Shown: piece after piece, positions 12,232 to 25,099 of the stretch
How positions within the stretch are numbered: the first letter of the stretch is position 1
Layout of the letters: the number at the start of each line of letters is the position of its first letter
Origin: Eledone cirrhosa
Taxonomy: Eukaryota
DNA: 64,000 nt
Direction: 5' to 3'
Assembly (NCBI GenBank): GCA_964016885.1
Contig: OZ024751.1
Span: 1,550,001-1,614,000 of the forward strand
Position numbers and translations under genes: made by a program
The notes under the pieces: generated by a model
The model's input: the letters and a program-made list of their open reading frames with translations, nothing else
Told to the model about the DNA's origin: nothing
Database searches by the model: none

Positions 12232-15200
12232 GCCGGAGGAAAAACAAAACTCGACAAAGGGCGGAGGAACTCAATAGAGTCAACGGCCATCCAAATACTG
12301 TGTGCGTGGGTGTGTATGAGTACTCTATTTGTATATACTTATGTATATGCATTTTTTAAATATATATATGTATATTTGATATATCCTCGGGTGTCTGTTT
12401 GCATAAGTATACCTTTATGTATGAATTTAACATTTTTTTTTACGTTTTAAATCTTTAAATCTTTCATCTTTTATATATTCTCGGATGTAGAAGATGTGTT
12501 TTTGTATATACATTTCAATTATTTTCTTTTAAATAGTGTGTACACATGTGCGCGGGGACAAGAAATACCTGGGTCGGCGTCCAGGCACACAGATAGCCCG
12601 CTGGAGTGAGATGCCCTCTTAGCTGTTACAACACTTCTCCAGGAGAGGAAAACTCCGAATAAACACCTGCAGTGTTGAGGGCACCCTATGATGTTGACCA
12701 GTTCTTCTATTCGGTACATGCTCTTCATGCTGAGAGAATGGTATTAGTTCTGTGCAAGGCTTTTCTTCACTTAAAAAAATGTTCAAGCATAGGCATCGCC
12801 TGATCAATTTGAAACAAATAATTTGTTGCATTGTGGCTGAACCATGATAATGTACGAATTAATGGAAATGGGGGCTCTGGAACTGATGATGAAAGGGTCT
12901 GGTCTGAGAGGTGCCCCATGGCCCGGTCGATATCTTGTCAATGCGAAGAAGTTGAAACCTATGAATATTGGTTGCTGGAAGATCCGGACCTTATTAGATT
13001 TGGTGTCTTCAGAATCAGAGTCACGACCAGAAAGAAGATCAGCTCTTGTTGTCAAAGAACTGGAACGATACAATATAGACATTGATGCCTTACCTGAAAC
13101 AAGGCTACTCGAAGAACGTCATATCACTGAGATGTCCAGTGGCTACATGTTTTACTGGAGTGGTAGATCAGCAGGATGAAAAGGGGAAGCAGGTGTGGCT
13201 TTTGCAGTGAAAACATCTTTGGTGTCGACACTTGACCAGTTTCCAAGTGGCATCAGTGATCACCTCATGACAATGAGAAATCCTCTGATGTACAATCGCT
13301 ACCTTACCATTGTCAGTATATATGTCCCGTCGATGAATTCCAATGAAGACGAGAAATTCACCTTTTACAGGTCTCTGAAGGAACCTGTCAAAAAGATTCA
13401 TTCAGCAGTTGAAACCTATGAAATTGTCGTACTTGGTGATTTCAACGCACGCAGACATGTCATAGGGAAATGTAACAGCACTGGTCTCCTCTTGCTACAG
13501 ATATGTGTGGAGTTAGATTTGTTCATTACAAGCACGATGTTCCAGCAAAAGGATAATTTCAAGACAACATGGATGTACCCAGGGTCGAAAATGTGGCATC
13601 TGATCGACTATGTTCTTGTGAAGAAATGTGACATGCAGGATATCAAGAATGTTCGTGTTCTGCATGGCGTAGAGGCTGGACAGACCATCGTCTGGAGCGT
13701 GCCAAGGCAAACTTCGTGATAAACTTCAAACAAGCGCAAATGGTGTCAAGATTCCAAAGCGCTTGAATATAGATCGTATGAAAGATAAGGGTGTCAAAGA
13801 ACAACTGGAATGATTTGAGGAGCTCTGTCTATGATGTTTCAGTAGAGGTCCTTGGCTTTGTTACAAGAAAACACAAGGACTGGTTTTATGAGAATGATAA
13901 GGAGGTCAAGGCTCTACTGGACAGAAAACAAAAAGCACTCAATGCAGTTCTTAAAGGTGGTTGTTCTGTTGTTGACAATTATGAGCATTACAGACAAGTA
14001 AAGAAGGAGGTGCGGGTGAAACTCAGGGCCATGCAAAATACCCGGTGGAACAACAAAGCAGATGAAGTTCAAGTAGCATCTAATGGTAACAATGTGAAAC
14101 TGCCTCACACTCTACTCAGAGAAGTGTATGGCCCTTTCAGCTCACCAGTGGCACCTTTGAGATCGAAAGATTGCAAGCAATTACTGCGCGACCCAAAAGA
14201 CACTCGACAGGTGGAGAGATCCCTTTGATGAGCTCTTGAACCAGCCATCCCAGGTTGATGATTTCATTTGCTCCATTCCTATTGAACCAGAGGTGAGTTC
14301 TGCTGTGCATAAGCTGAACTGTGGTAAGTCTCCTGGTATGGATGGTCTGAGTGAGGAGGTTTTGAAGTATGGTGGTGAAAACTTCACGCAGCGCCTGACT
14401 GACCTCATGAAAGAGGTATGGGAAGATGAGGGTGTCCCACAAAATTAGAAGGATGCGTTCATGTTGAGTCTCCACAAAGGAAGGGGTGGGAAAGACAAAT
14501 GTGGCAATTATCGTGGCATATCACTTCTTTCAGTAGTTGGTAAAGTCATGTGTCGAATTTTGATGGATAGATTGGTCTATCGAACTACGTTGTGGAAAAT
14601 TTTGGAAAAGCTTGGCTGCCCTCCAGAGTTTGTGAAAATTCTGCGTCTTTTTCGTGATGACATGAAGGCTTGGTGGTAGCATATCTGAACCAATATCAGT
14701 TGAAAATGGAGTGGAGCCGAGGGACATTCCGGCTCCAACTCAACCTTCCATATATTTTACGATAGTGTTTCTCATGGCATTCAGGAAAAATTGTTCCCAT
14801 GGTATCACACTTCAGGAAGGTTGTTCAACATCAGGCGCTTTGGTGCAAGCACGAAGGTATTAACATCTATAATCCGAAAGTTTTAGTATGCAGATGACTG
14901 CGATCTTTTTGCTCACTCACAAAGTGACATGCAGCATATTATGAACACTTTTTCTGAAGCTTGCAGCGCTTTGGGCCTGGAAAAGATTATTGTGATGTAC
15001 CAGTCAGCACATGGGAAAGAATACACTACACCAAGTGTGTTCGTGTACGGAAAGAGGCTGAAAGTTGCCGACAAGTTTGTTTACCTTGGTAGTACGTTGA
15101 ACAATTCATGCACACTTGATGATGAGATATCCTTAAGAATCAAGGAAACCAGTGATGCTTTTGGACGGCTGAATGAACGTAAAAGTGTCTCTGACTTGTG

Positions 15201-16260
15201 TCGTCTCCTCTTTGCTTTATGCTTGTGAAACGTAGGTCACACACAGAAAGCACCTCAAGGAACTGGAGAGGTTGCACTAACAATCTCTTCGTAAGATACT
15301 TGGGGTGCGATGGAAAATGTTTGTCAGTGAAGTTCTCGAACGGAACAGGTGCATGAGTATAGAGAGGATGATCTTTCGGCATCGGTTGAGGTGGTGCAGT
15401 CACGTGGTCTGGGTGTCTGATGATCGTATTCCAAAACAACATCTCTATGGTGAACTGTGCGAAGGAAGGCGACCACCACACAAACTAAAAACGCGGTACC
15501 AGAACTGTGTCAGGAGCACCTTGGCTTGTGCTGGAATTTCATCTGACAAATGGGAGAAAATGGCTGAGGTACGTGTGAAGTGAAGACGTTTGATAAAGTC
15601 GGGAAATTAACATTTTGAAACTCGTCGAAGAGAACACATAACACTGAAAAGGAAGGTTAAAAAAAATGGACTGTTCTAAACTGCCTGCTGTTGAGCCTCA
15701 TCTGGTTTGCCAGCTCTGTGGTCGAGTCTGCCTGAGTAAAGCTGGTTTGACTAGACATGAACAAAGTCATATCAGTAGACCTCATGTAGATTAGGATCTG
15801 AAAAGGTGTAAGGAATGTGTTAGCATGGGAGGTCTTAAAAGACACGTGAGAACACACAGTCAGAACCAAGCTATGGAAAGTCACAGAAGAGCCTACAGTT
15901 GCCATGCGTGTGCTAGAGGGTGCTGGTTTAAAGATCCACATTCGTGCCTCACATTTTTTAGCAGTTTATCAGGCGATGGAAAAGCTCGAACACGAGTTTG
16001 CAGCCATCATGAATTTATGTATGTATGTATGTATGTATGTATGTATGTATGTATGTATGTATGTATGTATGTATGTATGTATGTATGTGTGTATGTATGT
16101 ATATATGTATGTATGTATGTAGGTATGCATGTATGTATGTATGTATGTATGTATGTATGTATGTATGTATGTATGTATGTATGTATGTATGTATGTATGT
16201 ATGTATGTATGTACGTATGTATGTATGCATGTTTGCATGTATATATACATGTATGTATGA
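12232..16260 (+). mobile_element. Near full-length degenerate RTE-clade LINE with C-terminal C2H2 zinc fingers and (ATGT)n tail
   Basis: APE endonuclease (MNIGCWKIRTL, LPETRL, LGDFNAR, WHLIDYVLV), RT (KSPGMDG, NYRGISLLS, YADD at ~14887), CxxC..H..H remnants at 15700-15950, tail GCAGCCATCATG-(TATG)n. Many stops and frameshifts. Confidence 0.9.
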
Positions 16261-16280
16261 ATGTATGTATATACACACTA

Positions 16281-16335
<55 letters not shown>

Positions 16336-16388
16336 CATACATACATACATACATACATACATACATACATACATACATACATACATAC

Positions 16389-18907
16389 GAAAACACCAGG
16401 AAGAGACATGATTGTCGGCTACTGGTACAAAAAACTAATATTCTATCGGAGGTATCTTACTGACCTCTACCAACAAGTTCTTAAGGGAGATACACTTATA
16501 CCAGAATGGTTGACATTAGCACAAACGTTACTGGTCCCCAAGAACAAAGACACCCACTTGGCAAAAAACTACCGACCCATTGCATGCCAGAACCTGATGT
16601 ATAAGATGTATACAGCCTGCCTGAACCTATTCCTCCAAGATCACTGTGAAAATAATAACATCATCACAGATGAACAAGCAGCTGGAAAGAAAAGGGTTTG
16701 GGGATGTAATGAACAACTCCTAATCAACAAAACTGCGATGTCGGAGGTGCGACAACTTAGGAGGAATATGACTACAGTCTGGCTGGACTACAAGAAAGCT
16801 TTCGATTCTGTTCCCCACTCTTGGATGATAGAGGCCCTCCAACTTGCTAAAGTCCCAGATATTATTGTCAGAGCCATAGAGAGGCTGTCTTCTTCTTGGG
16901 CTACTATCCTAAGGTTAAAGACAGAGAGGGAGGACTCTATTTTCACTGATAAAATAAAATATTGCAGGGGTATATTTCATGGGGACAGTCTCTCTGTGAT
17001 ATTGTTCATCTTGTCATTAAACCCCTTGTCCTTTCTGCTCAAGAAATGTGAGGGATACATTATTGGCTCACAAGAGGACAGAAATACAAACCTAACCCAT
17101 AACTTCTTTGTGGACGATCTGAAACTCTATGCCAAGAACATGGATGGGATGAAGAAAAATCTTGACCTGGTTACAACGTTCTCAAAGGATATAGGAATGG
17201 AGTTTGGCCAAGATAAATGCTCATACATAACTGTAAAGCGGGGAAAAACAACAACCCAATCTAGCAACATTGTCATCAATGGTCTAACTGTTTCACCGAA
17301 ATCTGATGAGGACTGCTACAGATACCTGGGGATAGATGAGAACATATCCTATAATGGTATCTGTAATAAAGAACGCGTAACCAGGGAATACTACACCCGA
17401 TTAAGAAAGATCTGGTCATCGGAACTCTCTGCGCAAAACAAAACAGTGGCTCACAATGTGTTTGCTGTGCCTGTCCTAACACCAACGTTTGGAATACTCA
17501 ATTGGACGATAGACGAAATCCGAGCAGTTGATGTTGGAACTCGAAAAATACTGAACAACACCGGAAACTTCCACATCAACAGTGACATAGACCGCCTTTA
17601 CTTGAAACGTAAGCAGGGAGGCAGAGGCCTAACATCAGTCCAGACAACATTTGAATGTCGCATCATATCTCTCCGACAACATCTACGAACCTCGAAGCGT
17701 AGGAGCCCGCTTCTCGAGCAAGTCTATCTACATGAAACAGATAAGATCATGAGAGTTTGGAAGGAACTTCTTGAGAGATATTCCCTGTGTGATAATCAAA
17801 TACTGACACCCAGGGAAGTCGCTCAGCAGTATCGCAGTGAATCCATGGATGAAAAACTGCATGCCTATCAGCAAAAAATCATGCATGGATATGTTGCCAG
17901 GAAGCTCCAGAGTGAGAGTAATATAGATAAGGAAAGTAGTCTCTCTTGGACCAACAACCGCTATATTGGCTCCCACTTTGAAGGATACGCTTTTGCAATC
18001 CAAGAACAGGAGATTAGCACGAAATACGTGATTCACAAAAGAGATAGGGATGCAGGCAAAACACCTAGATGTGATACCAAGTGCAGACTCTGCAGAACTA
18101 ACATCGAGGATATCACCCATGTCATCAGCAGCTGCCCAAAGATGTCATCGCGGTACTATCTACCTATGAGGCATGATGTAGTGGCCAAAACACTGTACAA
18201 TGCAATCCGTAAAAAAGATAGCCCCGATAATAAACACATTAAAAGCTACAACAATGTGGAAGACATCCATGTACATAATATGAAAGAGTACTGGTGGAAT
18301 GTTCCAGTAAAAACCCCAATAAAATGCAGGCATAACAGACCAGATATTATGATATGGGACAGGGAGAAGAAAACATGCACAGTAGTGGAAATTAGCTGCC
18401 CAGCAGATGCCAATATAATATCAAAGATTAGTGAAAAGGAGAATATTTATGCAGAACTGATGAGAAATCTGCAGATACTCCACCCTGATTACACCTTCAG
18501 ATTTATGCCTGTGATTATTGGGGCACTGGGATATGTTAGTAACTGTCTCAATACAAATCTTGAGAAGCTAGGCTTCACAGGAACAGAAAGAACACAACTA
18601 GTTAGGCAATTACAAGTACAATCCATTAATGGAACAGTAAAAATATGTAAAACATTACAAAATGTTTGCATCTAATAACTGCATATACACATGTACAAAT
18701 ACAAAGCATATACACATGCACACATACAACTCAAAACATACACATCCACACATACAATAACATCCATATATACACATGCATGCATGCATGCAGACATACA
18801 TATCTACCTAGTTGATGTGTAAATTCCAATGAGAGAGTCTTGTGTCTATGTTAGAAACCGACTCTCTCTCTATTGGTAAAACTTTGTGAAATTATAAAAC
18901 CAGAAAA
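16389..18907 (+). mobile_element. 5'-truncated R4-clade RLE retrotransposon with an uninterrupted 755-aa RT-RLE ORF (16408-18675), flanked by (ACAT)n
   Basis: NYRPIAC, WLDYKKAFDS, GIFHGDSLS, FVDDLKL, CRLC..H..C, RHD, RPDI..E..K..Y. (ACAT)n at 16330-16388 and 18908-18970. Confidence 0.93.
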
Positions 18908-19335
18908 ACATACATACATACATACATACATACATACATACATACATACATACATACATACATACATACATGGTGGCTGCCAACTCGTTTTCGAGTACGG
19001 CCACTACTTTATATCCATGTAGGAGAACCCCTACCGATGCGCTGAATAAGTGTGACTTTTTAGTCCAGCCAGCGACTTGAAAACTCTGGTACAAACACTA
19101 CACTTGTGACAATTATTGACACAGTGCTGGGCCCATAGTACCATGTGACGACAAGTGCAGAGAGATCTCCAGATATAAAGCAATGCCTGTGCTGTGAAGC
19201 TTTTATAGTGAGCAAAGGCACTGCACAAAGCCAGTCCCACTCTCTTAACCAAGATGATATTTACCAAAAAGAAGAACAAGTCAACATCATTGGAAACCAT
19301 CAGGGTTGCAGGTGTTATATCAGAGTTTTCCTTCT
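18908..19335 (-). mobile_element. Bipartite RTE-derived non-autonomous element with (ATGT)n tail and a retained zinc-finger segment
   Basis: 3' end CTCGAAAACGAGTTGGCAGCCACCATG matches the RTE end at ~15985-16012. Body matches the RTE 5' UTR at 12640-12800. 19071-19146 encodes HKCSVCTRVFKSLAGLKSH. Confidence 0.8.
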
Positions 19336-19347
19336 CCCCCCCCCCCC

Positions 19348-19384
<37 letters not shown>

Positions 19385-19386
<2 letters not shown>

Positions 19387-19551
19387 CGAAGGAAATGTGG
19401 TAAGGAACCAGGTGGACCATAACGCACCAAAGTACTCAATACTTAGGGTAGTAGAGTGGGTAATAGGAACAAGTAAGACCCCGACGGCTGAGCTCAAGCC
19501 GTTTCGACGGCTAATTCTGGACGGCTAATTCTAGTCCAGAATTAGCCGTCG

Positions 19552-19555
<4 letters not shown>
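19385..19555 (-). mobile_element. Short PLE pLTR end of the same family as 61304-63768, with only the 3' half of the hammerhead and a short inverted tail
   Basis: Near-identical to the reverse complement of 63630-63768, flanked by (TA)n. Confidence 0.85.
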
Positions 19556-19587
<32 letters not shown>

Positions 19588-19589
<2 letters not shown>

Positions 19590-21645
19590 CAGATTAAAGT
19601 TTAAGCAAAGAATCGCTGCTTTCACCCTTAACGGGATCTTCTGAAAGAAACAAAGTCAATCTGTAAACGCAGAAGTGGATATTTCAAAAAATGTTGCAAC
19701 CGGAGGAAGACAGGAAGACGATACTTTGGTTCGTGGAAACGTTCACTGGCAAAGAACGGGAAAAAACGAATAAGATACGTCATTAATAGAAGCGGTGAAA
19801 AACAATTACGCGCAAACACAGAACCACGTTTATGGTATAAAAGAGGTCGTAGACTAATGTTCTCTTAGGTGGTTCATAGAGACGTTTTCTGGCAATGAAC
19901 GAAAAAAACGAAGATAATACGTCATATGTGGAGCGTGGAGAACAATAGCACGCAAAGACAAAACCACGTAAATGGTATAGCAGAAGTCGTAGACTAAAAT
20001 TCTAACTAGGAGACCGAATGAATCTCCGCTACAGAGTTAAGAACAAAGTAAATAAATACAATACAGAAGTAATAGAAATAAATAAATAAATACATACACG
20101 CAAACAAATACGTACATACACAAGCATACGCAAAACACTTACCATAGGTATACAAAACCACGCACATATAAAAATGTGTGTGTGTATGCGTGTATACAAA
20201 TAAATAAATAATTATATAAACGTATATAAATAAATAAATACGTATATAACAAGCGCACACACATACCTATATGTAAATACACGAGAGTTCGGAGACGTAA
20301 GTCATCCAAAACATGAAGTACGCATATACACACACCCTACATACGTACGAACCTGCATACTCACACAGACGCAAAACTCCCGTATACACATAGCCAAACC
20401 ATATGTACCACAATAAAAAAATTATACGCCATAACATAAACAATCAAATATACATACTAGAAGGTATACGTACCTTCACGAAACATACGGGTAATATATA
20501 CTTTTGCAAATAAGTAATGGTATAAACAAAACATATACTTAGCTCCCACATCAAGACGTAAAATATCCACGTATAGATCGTACTATCCTATCGTACTATA
20601 AAACTTTCCTGTATTACAGCCCCACGTTATACCCTAACGGATAGTACGATCTATACGTGGATATTTTACGTATTGATGTGGGAGCTAAGTATATGTTTTG
20701 TTTATACCATTACTTATTTGCATAGGTAAGTATATATTACCCGTATGTTTCGTGAAGGTACGTATACCTTCTCGTACGTATATTTGATTGTTTATGTTAT
20801 GGCGTATACTTTTTTTATTCTGGTACATATAGTTTGGTTATGTGTATACGGGAGTTTTGCGTCTGTGTGAGTATGCAGGTTCGTACGTATGTAGGGTGTG
20901 TGTATATGCGTACTTCATGTTTTGGATGACTTACGTCTCCGAACTCTCGTGTATTTACATGTAGGTATGTGTGTGCGCTTGTTATATACGTATTTATTTA
21001 TTTATATACGTTTATATAATTATTTATTTATTTGTATACACGCATACACACACACACATTTTTATATGTGCGTGGTTTTGTATACCTATGGTAAGTGTTT
21101 TGCGTATGCTTGTGTATGTACGTATTTGTTTGCGTGTATGTATTTATTTATTTATTTCTATTACTTCTGTATTGTATTTATTTACTTTGTTCTTAACTCT
21201 GTAGCGGAGATTCATTCGGTCTCCTAGTTAGAATTTTAGTCTACGACTTCTGCTATACCATTTACGTAGTTTTGTCTTTGCGTGCTATTGTTCTCCACGC
21301 TCCACATATGACGTATTATCTTCGTTTTTTTCGTTCATTGCCAGAGAACGTCTCTATGAACCACCTAAGAGAACATTAGTCTATGACCTCTTTTATACCA
21401 TAAACGTGGTTCTGTGTTTGCGCGTAATTGTTTTTCACCGCTCCTATTAATGACCTATCTTATTCGTTTTTTCCCGTTCTTTGCCAGCGAACGTTTCCAC
21501 GAACCAAAGTATTGTCTTCTTGTCTTCCTCCGGTTGCAACATTTTTTGAAATATCCACTTCTGCGTTTACAGATTGACTTTGTTGGTTTCAGAAGATCCC
21601 GTTAAGGGTGAAAGCAGCGATTCTTTGCTTAAACTTTAATCTGTT
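19588..21645 (+). mobile_element. ~2 kb palindrome formed by a PLE 3' end (20602-21645) and its inverted copy (19588-20590)
   Basis: Arms of ~1 kb are nearly identical. The spacer encodes TFLYYSPTLYPNG*, matching the C-terminus of PLE ORF 49026-49322 (TFLYYNTTLYPNG*). Confidence 0.9.
21586..21634 (+). ncRNA. Hammerhead-like motif with variant core CAGAAGA (copies at 19599-19647 -, ~22553-22601 -, ~22602-22649 +)
   Basis: GTTT-CAGAAGA-tCCC(gttaa)GGGt-GAAAGCA(gcgattctt)TGC-TT-AAAC. All three stems pair. Confidence 0.5.
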
Positions 21646-21759
21646 TTTTTAATAAATATTTGCTCTACAGTTCTTATATATTTGATATATATTTATCCTT
21701 ATCGAGCCCTCTTTGGATTTTAGTCTTCAAATTTATTATCATTACTATATATATATATA

Positions 21760-21950
21760 GGGCGGTGGATTGGCAGTATCGGTAAGGGTCGGACGCCATG
21801 CTTTGAAGCATAGAGTTACCTCCCTTTATGATCTGAGTTCAAATCCCGCCGAAGTTAACTTTGCCTTTCATCCTTACGGGGTCGATAAAATAAAGTACCA
21901 GTAACGCACTGGAATAATTGCTGGCCTTGTGCCAAAAGTAGAAACAATTA
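21760..21950 (+). mobile_element. tRNA-derived SINE
   Basis: A-box-like TGGCAGTATCGG, B-box GTTCAAATCC, central GCCTTTCATCCTTACGGGGTCGATAAAATAAAGTACCAG resembling the Meta/Sauria-type SINE core. Multi-copy in this window. Confidence 0.85.
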
Positions 21951-21961
21951 CTATATATATA

Positions 21962-22519
21962 AGAGAGTATTGAAGTTTGCTTGAAGCATTGTGGAATAAT
22001 AAGGTAAATTTCTTTAAGTCGTTTGGAAGCCTCGACGATGCAAATGGGTAAATCTCCTGGTAACAAGATCCGGTGGTGGAGAGAGAGATGTAAGTGGGTG
22101 TACGTTTGAGATGCGTGGCGTGTATAAGACGTGTAGAGGAATGAAGGAAAGAGCGTAACGGATAAAAATAAAAATAACAACACGAGAGAGAGATATTCAA
22201 AACAACGAACAGCGGAGGACACGTTTCGCACCTTTCCGACAGACAACCTTTCCCCCACCCCGGAAAAAACCCCAGTTGATGGATGTGAATCCGAAATATA
22301 TAGGGACAATTAAATCTCTCCCAAGGTAACTCTCTCTCGTGTTGTTATTTTTATTATAATCCTTTACGCTCTTTGCTTCATTCCTCTACACGTCTTATAC
22401 ACGCCACGCATCTCAACGTACTCCCACTTACATCTCTCTCTCCACCACCGGATCTTGTTACCCAGAGATTTACCCATTTGCATTGTCGAGGCTTCCAAAC
22501 GACTTAAAGAAATTTACCA
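21962..22519. repeat. Inverted-repeat element (arms ~21962-22192 and 22332-22519, third copy 23655-23864), probably a PLE pLTR end
   Basis: Reverse-complement match between arms, bounded by (TA)n. Confidence 0.75.
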
Positions 22520-22762
22520 TATATATATATATTTATTAAAATAACAGATTAAAGTTTAAGCAAAGAATCGCTGCTTTCACTCTTAACGGGATCTTCTGAA
22601 ACTCAGAAGATCCTGTTAAGGGTGAAAGCGACGATTCTTTGCTTAAACTTTAATCTTTTATTTTAATAAATATTTGCTTTATGGTTCTTATATATTTGAT
22701 ATATATTTATCCTTATCGAGCCCTCTTTGGACTTTAGTCTTCAAATTTATTATTATTACTAT

Positions 22763-23654
22763 AATGAAAGGTATAGAAATTGTTTTAGCGAGAAGCTAAT
22801 AGTATTCTATAACATATACGCGACTATGTCGTCAAGATGGGAAAAGTAGTTAACGTAAGATTTGGGAAAAATAATTCAAACTCATCTCAAAAGAGAATCA
22901 GGATACAAATTCATCCACAGAATTTAGTGAAATCCAGGGAAAAATCAATAGACCCTTAACTCATGATAAAATAAAGTTTAAAATACTTATCCTTCACTTT
23001 GGAAAAACATCAAATGCTCTGTATAGTCTTAAAGACTATTTCATGAAAACTTTCAGTGGAGATGGTGACGGTTGGATTTCAATCGTCAGCAGAGCTCAAT
23101 AGATAACCAGGGCTACCACAGAATTATAAACCAAAAAGGGAATTCTAAAACTGGCTAGTTCACCATCATGCGTGATTATGAAAAACGCACATGAGGAAAA
23201 TCGGGGCTAGTGACGTCAGGATGAAAGTGAATGTTTATTTACAAGAAATAACAGTCAAATACATTCTGAAAAAAACTCTACAAAAGGAGTTCAGCAAGAA
23301 GCAATATTATCGCAGTTTTTATAAAAAAACCGGGATTAGTCACTGATAATTTAAGCACTCTAGGAAAAGAATCCGAGTATAAGTATAAATGAAAGGTATA
23401 GAAATTGTTTTAGCGAGAAGCTAATAGTATTCTATAACATATACGCGACTATGTCGTCAAGATGGGAAAAGTAGTTAACGTAAGATTTGGGAAAAATAAT
23501 TCAAACTCATCTCAAAAGAGAATCAGGATACAAATTCATCCACAGAATTTAGTGAAATCCAGGGAAAAATCAATAGACCCTTAACTCATGATAAAATAAA
23601 GTTTAAAATACTTATCCTTCAATTTGGAAAAACATCAAATGCTCTGTATAGTCT
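22763..23654. repeat. Non-coding unit with 267-bp direct terminal repeats (period 625 bp)
   Basis: 22763-23029 is nearly identical to 23388-23654. Confidence 0.9.
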
Positions 23655-23859
23655 ATTTTTATTTTATCCTTTATACTCTTTCCTTCATTCCTCTACACGT
23701 CTTATACACACCACGCATCTCAACGTACACCCACTTACATCTCTCACTCCACCACCGGATCTTGTTACCCGGAGATTTACCCATTTGCATTGTCGAGGCT
23801 TCCAAACGACTTAAAGATATTTACCTATTATTCCACAATGCTTCAAGCAAACTTCAATA

Positions 23860-23950
<91 letters not shown>

Positions 23951-24035
23951 AAAAGGTAAGCAGAAATAACAACACAATCGGTTCTGTATATGGAAGGTAT
24001 ATATTAGGTTAACGCTTGATATAGCAGGAAGAGGG

Positions 24036-24071
24036 TCTTAACGTTTCGGACGCTAGTCCTTCATCAGAAGA
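24036..24071 (-). ncRNA. Minimal type I hammerhead (36 nt) of the PLE type
   Basis: TCTT-CTGATGA-a-GGAC(tagc)GTCC-GAAAC-GTT-AAGA. Palindromic AACGTT stem III would need a dimer. Confidence 0.75.
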
Positions 24072-24161
24072 AAGAATGTGAAATAAAATAGATTGAGGGG
24101 ACGGGAAGGTTGGAATTGGAAAAAAATGTCTTTAGATAAAAACAACATATTTTTATATATA

Positions 24162-24505
24162 CTAGCAGAAAAACCACCTTTCGGGTGGTTTTCTGCTAGC
24201 ATGTGTAGTGTGTATATTGATATTATACGCAGGTATATATACATGTTGATATGATACATCAAATAAAATCGTAATTGACAATATATAATACATAGAAATT
24301 GAACGAAGACTGCGTTACACTGTCTTATTTAATCAGTAACGTAATCCATGATACATTAAAAAAGACGATATTATATATAAACTGCATTAGGAGAAAATTA
24401 GTGACAGAAAATTAGTATGTTTATTTAAGCGATGGCCAACCGGAAGTGTTGACATTTCAGAAATTTTAAAGAAGTCCCGCGCTCCTTACTGTATTATAGT
24501 TTAGA
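24162..24505 (-). mobile_element. Non-autonomous Helitron (344 bp)
   Basis: Minus strand begins A|TCTAAACTATAATA and ends CTAG|T. Subterminal hairpin AACCACC..GGTGGTT, no TSD. Confidence 0.8.
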
Positions 24506-24574
24506 TGAGTTTGAAAAAAGAGTTAATAAATAAATAAAGAGTTAATAAATAAATAAAACTTTATACTTGTTTTA

Positions 24575-25060
24575 CCCTCCCATTTCCAATTAAACCGAAC
24601 GCTATCATGACTGTAAATGTATATGTATGAATGTATGTATGTTTGTGTAAATGTATATGTGAATGTATGTATGTTTGTGTGAAAGGATGTGTGAATGTAT
24701 GTATATTTGTCTGAATATATGTATATTTGTGTGAAAGTATATCCTCCCATCTCCAATTAAACCGAACGCTATCATGACTGTATGGGTGTGTTTGTGTAAA
24801 TGTATATGTATGAATGTGTATATGTTTGTGTGAAAGTATATATGTGAATGTATGTATATTTGTGTGAAAGTATGTATGTTTGTGTGAAAGTATGTGTGAA
24901 TGTATGTATATTTGTGTGAAAGTATACCATCCCATCTCCAATTAAACCGAACGCTATCATGACTCTATGTGTGTGTTTGTGTAAATGTATATGTGTGAAT
25001 GTGTATATGTTTGTGTGAAAGTATATATGTGAATGTATGTATATTTGTGTGAAAGTAGGG
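24575..25060. repeat. Three ~170-185 bp tandem units
   Basis: TCCCAT(C/T)TCCAATTAAACCGAACGCTATCATGACT recurs at ~24578, ~24746 and ~24930, separated by TGTGTGAAAGTAT/TGTGAATGTAT subrepeats. Confidence 0.85.
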
Positions 25061-25099
25061 AGGATGGAACCATAGGACATTACGTTGGCGGTTACGCGT

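Noticed and set aside
15825-16463. ORFs made of YI, MYVC and HTYI repeats here and throughout the window
   Set aside because: They are translations of (TA)n, (TATG)n and (CA)n microsatellites.
21760-21850. tRNA gene
   Set aside because: The A/B boxes belong to a multi-copy SINE head and there is no cloverleaf.
22480-22505. TTGTCGAGGCTTCCAAAC as a decayed hammerhead
   Set aside because: Too many core mismatches to support.
24575-25060. CRISPR-like repeat/spacer array
   Set aside because: Eukaryotic context, and the spacers are themselves homologous low-complexity subrepeats.
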